From contig JABCYU010000002.1 of assembly GCA_013290045.1 (NCBI GenBank), positions 1-47,430 on the forward strand: DNA of 47,430 bases. Reading direction: 5' to 3'. Position numbers and translations under genes: made by a program. This stretch comes from Methanobacteriota archaeon. Lineage in GTDB: Archaea; Thermoplasmatota; Thermoplasmata; Lutacidiplasmatales; UBA184. The notes under the pieces were generated by a model. That model saw nothing but the letters and a program-made list of their open reading frames with translations. It made no database searches and was not told the DNA's origin. Numbering within the stretch: position 1 is the first letter of the stretch; each line of letters opens with the position of its first letter. Shown one piece after another: positions 40,996 to 47,430 of this stretch.

Positions 40996-42005
40996 CCTGC
41001 CACCCGTTCGTAGTTCGCGACCAGGGTGTCGGCGGCGCGCTCGTAGGAGTGGCGACAGGCCACTGCCCTGACCGCTCCCGGTTGGGGAGTGGGCCAGTCC
41101 GTCGCCTCGAGGATCTTTGCGCGCAGTTGGCTGCGGGTAGCGTCCGAGGAGTACCAGCACACCGAGGACGCAGGGTAGGAATCCGTGTAGGGCCGCAGCT
41201 CCGGAAGAAGAACAGCCCCGCCGCGGAGGAAGTGCTCGAGCGGAGGGATGTGGAACCCTTCGTAGTCCGAGGTCGAGACGTAGACCCGAGATTGACGGTA
41301 CAGGGTGTCCAAATCCCCAGCCGACAGGTCGGTGAAGACCGTGACCGAGGCACCCCGCCGCCGGGCAGCCCCCACCCAGTCGCCGACGACCGACTCATGC
41401 CTCGCGGAGCGAAGCCGGACCACGATCGCCGCGGGTCTGCGTTCGGGAAGGGCCGCCAGCAGCCGCTCGAGCCCCTTGTTGGGGCAGCTGTCCCCGACCC
41501 AGATCACGTCGTAGAGCGGGGGGAGCCGCGTGATGGGCATCGGCGGGATCGGGATCAGGGTGACGAAGCACTTCTCCGCGATCTTCGGACCGAATCGCTT
41601 TGCGAGGAGGTCGCGAGTGAACTGCGATGCGCAGTCAATCCTCTTCGCCCGCCTCGCGGCGGCCCGAACGTAGTGGTCCCCGACCTGGGAGTAGACCCCT
41701 CCAAGAATCGAGGGTGCCAGGTCGTGGATGCACACCACGTCGGCCCCCTCCCAGGCGATCCACGGGATCAGAACGTGGGTGACCCGTCCATTCGGCCCGT
41801 CGTGCAACCACCGCCGGTGGAATTCCCAGAGGGAACGTACGATGCCGCCCCTTGACTTTCCCTTGGACGTTGCCACCGAACTCAGCTCGGCTCTGACCCG
41901 GCCCCTGAGGGCCTCGGCATACGCCTGCCCCCGAAGGGGGATGCTGACCGACGCGCCGTTGGCAGGGAACATGAGATTGACTCCGCGGTCGAGCCTGCCG
42001 CTCAC
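40992..42005 (-). CDS. GT-B glycosyltransferase (family 4-like)
   Basis: C-terminal STSDYEGFHIPPLEHFLRGGAVLLP (E-x7-E region). GTG 42005 overlaps the upstream TGA. Confidence 0.85.
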   Translation of the reverse strand: MSGRLDRGVNLMFPANGASVSIPLRGQAYAEALRGRVRAELSSVATSKGKSRGGIVRSLWEFHRRWLHDGPNGRVTHVLIPWIAWEGADVVCIHDLAPSILGGVYSQVGDHYVRAAARRAKRIDCASQFTRDLLAKRFGPKIAEKCFVTLIPIPPMPITRLPPLYDVIWVGDSCPNKGLERLLAALPERRPAAIVVRLRSARHESVVGDWVGAARRRGASVTVFTDLSAGDLDTLYRQSRVYVSTSDYEGFHIPPLEHFLRGGAVLLPELRPYTDSYPASSVCWYSSDATRSQLRAKILEATDWPTPQPGAVRAVACRHSYERAADTLVANYERVAG

Positions 42006-42325
42006 GGGCTGACTCCAAGAGGCACACTCGGGCCGGGCCGGCCAGGCCGGCCGGTCTGGCCGGACTCGAACTCGTTCCATCTCGCCAGGTTGAGAGTCTG
42101 ACGGACCCGCTCCGCATGGGCGTCCGCGGCGATGCGATGCACGAAGAGAAGCCGAGCACCCGCCTTGCCCAGCTCGTCCTCAACAGCCTTGGCGACCTTC
42201 CAGTCTGGCTTCGTGGTCTCCCGGACCACCCGAACGATCGCGTTCAGGCGGCCCGATAGAGTGATCGCCAACCGCTCGAGCTCGGGGCGGCTCAGTTGCG
42301 ACACGTCGACTGGGCGGGCGGTCAT
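42002..42325 (-). CDS. hypothetical helical protein (107 aa)
   Basis: MTARPVDVSQLSRPELERLAITLSGRLNAIVRVVRETTKPDWKVAKAVEDELGK... ATGA coupling. Confidence 0.7.
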   Translation of the reverse strand: MTARPVDVSQLSRPELERLAITLSGRLNAIVRVVRETTKPDWKVAKAVEDELGKAGARLLFVHRIAADAHAERVRQTLNLARWNEFESGQTGRPGRPGPSVPLGVSP

Positions 42326-43062
42326 CCGGCGATACTCCCCGTGTCGTCGAGCGTTCGGACGGCGAAGTTGCCCCTCAGGTAGTGGTACTGATCAACCGTG
42401 GTGGGGAGTGGGATGGCCACGTCCAGCTGCCACGCCTTCTCTTCCGGGTCCAGTACCGCGGGTCGGAGGACCCCCTTGTCGCAGAAGTCAACGGTGGTCA
42501 CCCGCCGACGTGCCGGGCGGTAGTCCGGGAAGGTATGGGCGATGACCCGGTCGATGTCTGTGAACGGGGCAGCCCAGCGGGTCGGCTTGGGACCGAACAG
42601 CGCGGAGACCGCCAGGATGGCCTTGTGGTCCACCTTCCGGCCGGCGACCCTGCCCAACGCACGCACACGCGCCGATTCCCGCGACTGGTCCAGCAAGCGG
42701 CGGATCGTGGCGGATCCTACGGGCGGCCGGCCACCCGCTAGGCCCTTGGGTTTCCCGACCCCCATCGAGATGACGAGTCCCTTCTTGGTGGTCTCCCGGA
42801 CGTGCCTCTGGTACTCCTCCCAGTCCCGATCCGTCCAGTAGACCGTGCGTGCCCGGACCCGATTTGGGGTTCGAGTTCCACTAGTGGAACTACCGAGTTC
42901 CACCGGTGGAACTACCAAGTTGTACCGGTGGAACTTGGGAGTGGGGGAGGGGTCCCCACGGCTGAAATCCGACCCGGAAACTGCAGTCTCTGAGGTGAGC
43001 CTCCGGGAGTGGGAGAGACTTCCCTCCGGAACGTCGTGTGTGTGTGAGTACTTGCTGTCCAT
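42322..43062 (-). CDS. putative DNA-binding protein (HTH-like GKPKGLAGGRPPVGSATIRRLLDQ); the 5' part of the gene carries the palindromic repeats
   Basis: 246-aa ORF. GC3 is high from codon ~75 onward. The N-terminal ~70 aa are low-complexity and include the repeat-encoded FHRYNLVVPPVELGSSTSGT. Confidence 0.75.
   Translation of the reverse strand: MDSKYSHTHDVPEGSLSHSRRLTSETAVSGSDFSRGDPSPTPKFHRYNLVVPPVELGSSTSGTRTPNRVRARTVYWTDRDWEEYQRHVRETTKKGLVISMGVGKPKGLAGGRPPVGSATIRRLLDQSRESARVRALGRVAGRKVDHKAILAVSALFGPKPTRWAAPFTDIDRVIAHTFPDYRPARRRVTTVDFCDKGVLRPAVLDPEEKAWQLDVAIPLPTTVDQYHYLRGNFAVRTLDDTGSIAG
42873..42938. repeat. three tandem 22-bp units, each an 18-bp palindrome AGTTCCAC-YR-GTGGAACT (third copy imperfect)
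   Basis: GAGTTCCACTAGTGGAACTACC / GAGTTCCACCGGTGGAACTACC / AAGTTGTACCGGTGGAACTTGG, read directly from the sequence. Confidence 0.9.
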
Positions 43063-43066
43063 GCGA

Positions 43067-43249
43067 TCAGAGCACCCTGTTCTGCACGACGTAGCACGGG
43101 TGAGCGGAGCCAGGGGCGTAGGCGGCGAGAAGCGGCCCGAAGTTGCGCAGGTCGTGATCCACGCGGGGAACCGGACACGGAGGCGCCGGCTGGCTGGACA
43201 CCTTTGGACCTGAAACCGACGGGCAGTCCCAGAGGGGCGGCTCCTCCAT
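43067..43249 (-). CDS. small hypothetical protein (60 aa)
   Basis: MEEPPLWDCPSVSGPKVSSQPAPPCPVPRVDHDLRNFGPLLAAYAPGSAHPCYVVQNRVL. The ATG overlaps the upstream TGA by 1 nt. Confidence 0.5.
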   Translation of the reverse strand: MEEPPLWDCPSVSGPKVSSQPAPPCPVPRVDHDLRNFGPLLAAYAPGSAHPCYVVQNRVL

Positions 43250-43494
43250 CAGAGCCTCCTCTGCGGCGCTCGGAAGATGGGGTCCAACGCCTCGGAATAC
43301 CCGTGGACCGGGCAGAACGAGAGCCGGAGGACCTCGTTGTGAATTGGGTCCGACCTGCACCGGCGGCAAACGAACCCGGTTCTCGCGAGCGGTCGACGTG
43401 TCGCGATCGATGCAACTCTGAACCCGGAGGAATCGACGGGGAAGAACAACGAGGACGGTACCGGGAGTTGCTGGGCGGAGCGGATGGCGATCAA
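43249..43494 (-). CDS. small Cys-containing protein (81 aa)
   Basis: The TTG start overlaps the phosphoesterase stop (TTGA). CRRCRSDPIHNEVLRLSFCPVHG. Hand-counted GC3 ~80 %. Confidence 0.55.
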   Translation of the reverse strand: MIAIRSAQQLPVPSSLFFPVDSSGFRVASIATRRPLARTGFVCRRCRSDPIHNEVLRLSFCPVHGYSEALDPIFRAPQRRL

Positions 43495-44942
43495 TCCACG
43501 TCCGCTCCGTCGCCGTGGTCGTTGGCGAAGTAGCTCGAGACCGAGAACGGGACCGCCTGCCAGGGCGCGTCGGGGGCCTGGAGCGCCATTGGGTAGGTCG
43601 CCCCTGTGGCATTCGTCGAAAACGCGAGAGGCGCCCTCGGGCGCATCGAGAAATTGAAGAATCCGAGAGGGAGGGGCGCGTAGCAGTCCCGCGGGGTGAT
43701 GCAGCCCAGCTTCTCGCGGACCTCCATCAGGTGGAGAAGCGACTCGAAGTACCCCTGGGAGGAGTCGACGGTCCCTGCCGGAGTGTAGGGGCTGATCACC
43801 AGGAGAGGCACGCGGAACGACAGGGACGTCCCGTTGAGGAGTGGTGGCGCGACCTGGTCATACCAGCCCCCGTAATCGTCCCAAGTGACGAACAGCGCGG
43901 TGGAGTTCCAATTCGGCGAGGACTCGACAGCGTCCACGACCGACGCCAGCCACGATTCGGCTGTCGTGACGTTCGCCGGCGGGTGATCCGACTCGAGGTG
44001 GAAGGGGATTACCCAGGACAGCTGGGGCAGGTTCCCCGCGGCAGCGTCCTGGAAGAACGTCGGGTTCCAGACGAAGTGCTTCCGCAGAAGATGGCCGTAG
44101 GACTCGTATTTGCCGGCCTGGGGATTCCAGTAGTCGATCGCGCTCCCGAGGTGACCGGGTCCGGCGGAGATGTTCTGGGCGTCGGTCAGGTTCGGTTGCA
44201 GCGCGTAGTCGTAGTACTTCCAGCTGACGCTGGGGTGGTGGAGGAGGAGGTCCTCGACCGAGGTGGTGTTGTTTGCCTCGCGGTAGTACGTCGCCCGATC
44301 GCTGGCGTTACCCGCGAAACCGCCGGTCCTGTCCCCGAACCCGAACTGCTCCGAGATCGGGGGGGCCTGACCCGCCACCAGGAACCAGTGGTTGGGCAGG
44401 GAGTAGCTGAGGGTCGACGAAAAGAAGTTGTCGCCGAGGCCGTACTCCTCCGCGAGATCCCAGTAGGTCGGAACCGTCGACCCGCTGTAGTAGCCGAACG
44501 GATCGAGGCCCGATCGTTCGTCGAGGTAGAAGTTGTTGTCGGACGAGTTGTTCCACGCCGATAGAGAAGAGACCTGATCGTGGAGCATCGGTTGGGTGAT
44601 GGTCCAGTTCGCACGGGTGAACGGCCACGGCTTGACGCAGGCCGATGCGGAGCTCGGGTTGAGTGGCGCGCACAACCCAGCGGGGTAGCCAACGACCGTC
44701 GACGGGCAGTACTTTCCCTTCGCTTGGCAGTAGGTCCCGAATTCGTTGTCGAACGCGTGGTTTTCGAGGACCACGACCACGATGTGCTTGATGTGGGAAT
44801 CGAAGAGCTGCAGCTGGGTCTGGCTCTTGGCGGGGGCGGTCGGTGAGTGGCCGGTCGCCCAAGGGAGAGGGCTGAGCAGGAGCCCGGCAGTCAGCGCGAG
44901 CATCGCCAGTTTCAAAGCCCGGCCTCCCGCATGTCGGGCCAC
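43491..44942 (-). CDS. secreted phosphoesterase-family protein (phospholipase C/acid phosphatase AcpA-like)
   Basis: Signal LKLAMLALTAGLLLSPLPWA. IKHIVVVVLENHAFDNEFG, LPNHWFLVAGQ, LFVTWDDYGGWYDQVAPP. Several sequons. Confidence 0.9.
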   Translation of the reverse strand: MARHAGGRALKLAMLALTAGLLLSPLPWATGHSPTAPAKSQTQLQLFDSHIKHIVVVVLENHAFDNEFGTYCQAKGKYCPSTVVGYPAGLCAPLNPSSASACVKPWPFTRANWTITQPMLHDQVSSLSAWNNSSDNNFYLDERSGLDPFGYYSGSTVPTYWDLAEEYGLGDNFFSSTLSYSLPNHWFLVAGQAPPISEQFGFGDRTGGFAGNASDRATYYREANNTTSVEDLLLHHPSVSWKYYDYALQPNLTDAQNISAGPGHLGSAIDYWNPQAGKYESYGHLLRKHFVWNPTFFQDAAAGNLPQLSWVIPFHLESDHPPANVTTAESWLASVVDAVESSPNWNSTALFVTWDDYGGWYDQVAPPLLNGTSLSFRVPLLVISPYTPAGTVDSSQGYFESLLHLMEVREKLGCITPRDCYAPLPLGFFNFSMRPRAPLAFSTNATGATYPMALQAPDAPWQAVPFSVSSYFANDHGDGADVD

Positions 44943-44971
44943 ACAGTCAGTCGGGACCGGCGGGACGAGTC

Positions 44972-44996
44972 GGAGCCCCGCGGATTCGAACCGCGC
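44972..44996 (-). other. tRNA-like 3' fragment (T arm plus 3' acceptor strand) without a matching 5' half
   Basis: The minus strand reads CGCGG-TTCGAAT-CCGCG-GGGCTCC-G. No GGAGCCC 5' strand or canonical D/anticodon arms were found within 110 nt upstream. Confidence 0.45.
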
Positions 44997-45517
44997 TCGG
45001 GCCTAGCCGGTGCTTCGGACTCGCCCCCGTCGGGTGAAGGGGACCGAGGATCCCGACGCGCCCGTTTCGCGCTCCACGCCTTCCTCGGCCCTTGCCCTGC
45101 TTGTCCCCGGTTGTTTCGCCGGTCGGGGGCTGGTCCCCCCCGGGCTAGTCGCGGCCCCTTCGCGCCTCGACCTGCAGACGTGGAGCGTGACAGCCAGCAC
45201 TCGCAACCCGTCTCTAGACAGAAATCGCAGAGCGGGTGCTGGCAGGTTACTGAGAAACGGGGGGAAAGGGTTGGACCGCGTGCGCGGTAGTCACGCAGGA
45301 GGCGGTCTGCGGAGCGGGTGGAATCCGCTGGTCCGGGGGCGATTCCGGGGAACAGACGGGCAATTTCTCGAGGTGAAAGGCCCTGTCCAGACTAGGCTAC
45401 ACGCCCCGAGAACCCGGCCCTTTTCCGGCACTTTACACCTTCGGTCCCGTAGAAGCCGACCGCGACGCCGACGCGCTTATCGCGACTCTTCGAGCCCGCC
45501 GTAATCCAACACTTTCC

Positions 45518-45541
45518 CCGGGGGACTTTGCAGTCCCCCGG
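45518..45541. promoter_or_regulatory. perfect 10-bp hairpin/palindrome CCGGGGGACT-TTGC-AGTCCCCCGG ~70 nt upstream of the prim-pol gene
   Basis: Read directly from the sequence. Function unknown (operator, origin element or RNA structure). Confidence 0.4.
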
Positions 45542-45612
45542 ACTTCGTTCTCTCGCTGCGAGTGTCCCTCTCATCGCCCGCGTCCCGCCGTCCGACGACG
45601 GGAGGGCGTCCT

Positions 45613-47430
45613 GTGAACGCTCGCCTCGAGGCCGCCCTCGAGTATGCTGCGGCCGGCTACCCGGTCTTTCCCGTGGGCGCCGGGAAGGACGGGAAGGCAC
45701 CGCTCACCCCCCGCGGGTTCCACGATGCTACCCGGGATGTCGCCATCATCCGCGCGTGGTGGACTCGCTGGCCGGACGCGAAGATCGGGATACCGACCGG
45801 GGCCGTGACCGATACCTTCGTCCTCGACATCGACCCCCGCCATGGGGGCGACGTCTCCCTACGGCTGCTCCTCGAGGAGAACAAGCCGCTCCCGGAAGGC
45901 CCCGAGTCCCTCACCGGGGGCGGCGGGAACCACCTGATCTACAGCCATCCTGGAGGCGACGTGGCCTGCGTTACCGGGTTCCGGCCCGGGATCGACATCC
46001 GGGCCGACCGGGGGTACATCATCGTCCCCCCGTCGCCCCATGACTCCGGCGGGACCTATCAGTGGAGGGTCCCGCTGCTCGGCGCCACGAAGCCGTTGGT
46101 CCCCGCGTGGCTGTTTAAGATCGCCACAGAGCACTCCGCTGAGCCGTACAAGGGCGGCACGTCTCCGGTGAACATCCCGCCTCCCGCGGAGGACACCACG
46201 ATCCTCGAGCGCATCTTCACCGGCCCGAACGGGGACCTCCACCGGCGCGTCTACGAGAACTACCTCGCGAAGGCCCACGAGAAGGACCACCCAGCGTACG
46301 TCGCCTTCGCCACCGCCCTCCACCTCGCCGGCGCCCATGAAGAGCAGGTCCCGCGAATCCTTCGCTTCACGGAGGAGAGCTGGGAAAAGTTCGGGCGCGC
46401 GATCTGGCGGCATCTCGTGAGCAAGGGTGGATACTACCGCCGCCGGGCCACCCTGGTCCGCGTCTCCGCGCTCTACAAGGAGGCCGCCGAGGCCATGGGA
46501 GCCAAGAGGGTGCAACCGACACCGGTTCAACCTTCCCGGGTCGACGAGCTCTCGCCCGAGGACCGGACCGGCAATCCCGTGCTGGACGAGGCCATCGCCG
46601 CGATGCTAGTCGACGAGGCCGTCCCATTGGTTATCGGGGGCGCGACGGAATGGGACACAGACGGGAACCCGGTGGACGCGACGCGCGCCGAGATAGCCGC
46701 CGGGGGCGGGTGGGTTCCGGACAGAGTCAGGGTCCGAGGTGCGTATGAGCTCCGTGGAATGCGTCGGCTTGTCCGCCAGGAGGGCGGCTGGCGGGTCGAC
46801 CGAGCTCCTCTGGGTTCGGAGAGCGACGGGGCACTCCCAACCGGAGAGCGCGCGCGGGCGCTTTGCTCCGAGGTGGACGCCCTCGTCGCCCCTCGACCGG
46901 ACCCCGTCGGTGTGGAGGCTCTCGAGGAGGGCGAGCCCGCAGAGGAGATCCAGATGGACGCCGTTCTCGCTTATCAGCACCTCTTCGCCATGGAGTGGAA
47001 GCACTCCACCCGGAAGATCCGGGTGAACCCGCGGACGTCCAAACCCACCGTCACGTACCGGGCGCGCCGGGTGCGCGGCTGGAATGACGCGGCGTCGAAC
47101 CGCGAGCGGATGCTACGTTCCGTTCGGGAGAGGTCGGCATTCTTCGTCGCCCATGGCGGGGAGGAGGTCCGGGCCTACTCGACCGGAGAGATTCCGTTCC
47201 CGCCGAAGGGCGTCGGCACCCGGGGGCTCCGCATCAAGCTCGTCCGCGCGGTGACCTACAAGGCGTCGGCCTCGATGGTATTCGTCGTCCCGGGGAACGG
47301 GGCCGCCGAAACGATCAGGGTCGTGGCATTCAGGTTTGGAGGCGAGGAGCATCCCCCGGCCCTCGACGACTTCCGGTCCGCGCTCAACACGACCATCAAG
47401 AAGGTCTACGGCGCCAAACATGACTTCCAC
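45613..47430 (+). CDS. bifunctional DNA primase-polymerase (prim-pol) replication protein, 3'-partial (runs off the window); not in the ORF track
   Basis: I checked the frame codon by codon and it is open from GTG 45613 (preceded by GGGAGGG) to 47430. AAGYPVFPVGAGKDGKAPLTPRGFHDAT, WWTRWPDAKIGIPTG, FVLDIDPRHGG, GGGNHLIYSHP, DIRADRGYIIVPPS. This is followed by a PriCT-like helical region. Confidence 0.9.
   Translation, partial: MNARLEAALEYAAAGYPVFPVGAGKDGKAPLTPRGFHDATRDVAIIRAWWTRWPDAKIGIPTGAVTDTFVLDIDPRHGGDVSLRLLLEENKPLPEGPESLTGGGGNHLIYSHPGGDVACVTGFRPGIDIRADRGYIIVPPSPHDSGGTYQWRVPLLGATKPLVPAWLFKIATEHSAEPYKGGTSPVNIPPPAEDTTILERIFTGPNGDLHRRVYENYLAKAHEKDHPAYVAFATALHLAGAHEEQVPRILRFTEESWEKFGRAIWRHLVSKGGYYRRRATLVRVSALYKEAAEAMGAKRVQPTPVQPSRVDELSPEDRTGNPVLDEAIAAMLVDEAVPLVIGGATEWDTDGNPVDATRAEIAAGGGWVPDRVRVRGAYELRGMRRLVRQEGGWRVDRAPLGSESDGALPTGERARALCSEVDALVAPRPDPVGVEALEEGEPAEEIQMDAVLAYQHLFAMEWKHSTRKIRVNPRTSKPTVTYRARRVRGWNDAASNRERMLRSVRERSAFFVAHGGEEVRAYSTGEIPFPPKGVGTRGLRIKLVRAVTYKASASMVFVVPGNGAAETIRVVAFRFGGEEHPPALDDFRSALNTTIKKVYGAKHDFH

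Larger units (their letters stand above)
1..47430. mobile_element. virus/plasmid-like mobile genetic element, probably archaeal; extends beyond both window edges
   Basis: Gene content is a recombinase fragment, serine recombinase, HNH, two orphan DNA MTases, HD hydrolase, Gp37/Gp68, HerA-like ATPase, prim-pol, own tRNAs, many tiny Zn-finger/RHH ORFs and a 21-kb block of membrane/secreted proteins. No housekeeping genes were seen. Confidence 0.55.

Noticed and set aside
44972-45160. Complete tRNA, tRNA-Sec or tmRNA-like gene on the minus strand ending at 44972. A 5' strand GGGGCCG at ~45157 would give a G3:U70 pair.
   Set aside because: No canonical D arm or anticodon arm could be folded. The best 5' strands (GGAGCGC, GGGGCCG) leave 105-188-nt molecules with mismatches. 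No tag-peptide ORF is evident, and tmRNA is not expected in archaea. I kept only the 3' fragment.
45200-45470. Possible RNase P RNA, based on the strings GAGAACCCGGC, CTGTCCA and GGTGAAAGG
   Set aside because: The matches are short and out of order or spacing relative to the conserved CR-I to CR-V regions, and no GAGGAAAGUCC element is present. This is not supportable without a covariance-model search.
45010-45504. 164-aa plus-strand ORF in the large intergenic region, together with overlapping ORFs 44847..45290, 45392..45700 and 45528..46043
   Set aside because: The translations are Arg/Ser/Pro/Gly-rich with no hydrophobic core pattern. 45528..46043 is out of frame with the clearly real prim-pol gene.
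1-47430. CRISPR arrays, rRNA genes, IS elements or transposases
   Set aside because: I scanned for regularly spaced direct repeats, rRNA-like conserved stretches and DDE/transposase-like ORFs and found none. The only tandem repeats are the 22-bp palindromic units at 42873-42938.

Overview
This is a GC-rich 47.4-kb window with strong GC3 bias. Many Arg/Pro/Gly-rich ORFs in the track are antisense shadows of real genes. I read the window as one contiguous virus- or plasmid-like mobile element that runs off both edges. It is most likely archaeal: TATA-like promoter boxes, C2H2 zinc-finger and RHH mini-proteins, sequon-rich membrane-anchored surface proteins and a prim-pol. I found no rRNA, CRISPR array or recognisable transposase. 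Layout: (i) 7-4469, mostly minus strand: an integrase-like N-terminal fragment, two tandem C2H2 zinc-finger paralogues, and a chain of small Zn-ribbon, RHH and antitoxin-like proteins. (ii) 4683-25846, plus strand: two long operons, each preceded by the same 16-nt TATA-containing motif. They encode about 27 proteins, nearly all with signal or TM segments and many N-x-S/T sequons, plus one CPBP intramembrane protease, one P-loop NTPase, PKD-domain proteins and a ~1100-aa Kelch/PKD/FN3 lipoprotein. (iii) 25839-35035, mostly minus strand: a DUF1828/1829-like protein, a serine recombinase, an HNH nuclease, small proteins, an HD hydrolase, and an N4/N6 plus a C5 DNA methyltransferase. (iv) 35086-35387: two tRNAs (hand-folded anticodons UAU and UCU) and one decayed copy, all carrying the same extra hairpin in the variable region. 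(v) 36024-44942, minus strand, a tightly stop/start-coupled operon: secreted phosphoesterase, an HTH protein whose gene contains three tandem 22-bp palindromic repeats, a glycosyltransferase, an FkbM methyltransferase, an ASCH protein, a HerA/FtsK-like ATPase and a Gp37/Gp68 (DUF5131) protein. (vi) 44943-45612: a non-coding region with a tRNA-like 3' fragment, followed by a prim-pol gene that runs off the window end. I could not recognise a capsid, portal or terminase by eye, so whether this is a virus or a conjugative/integrative plasmid stays open. All family calls rest on motifs read by eye and need HMM or structure confirmation.
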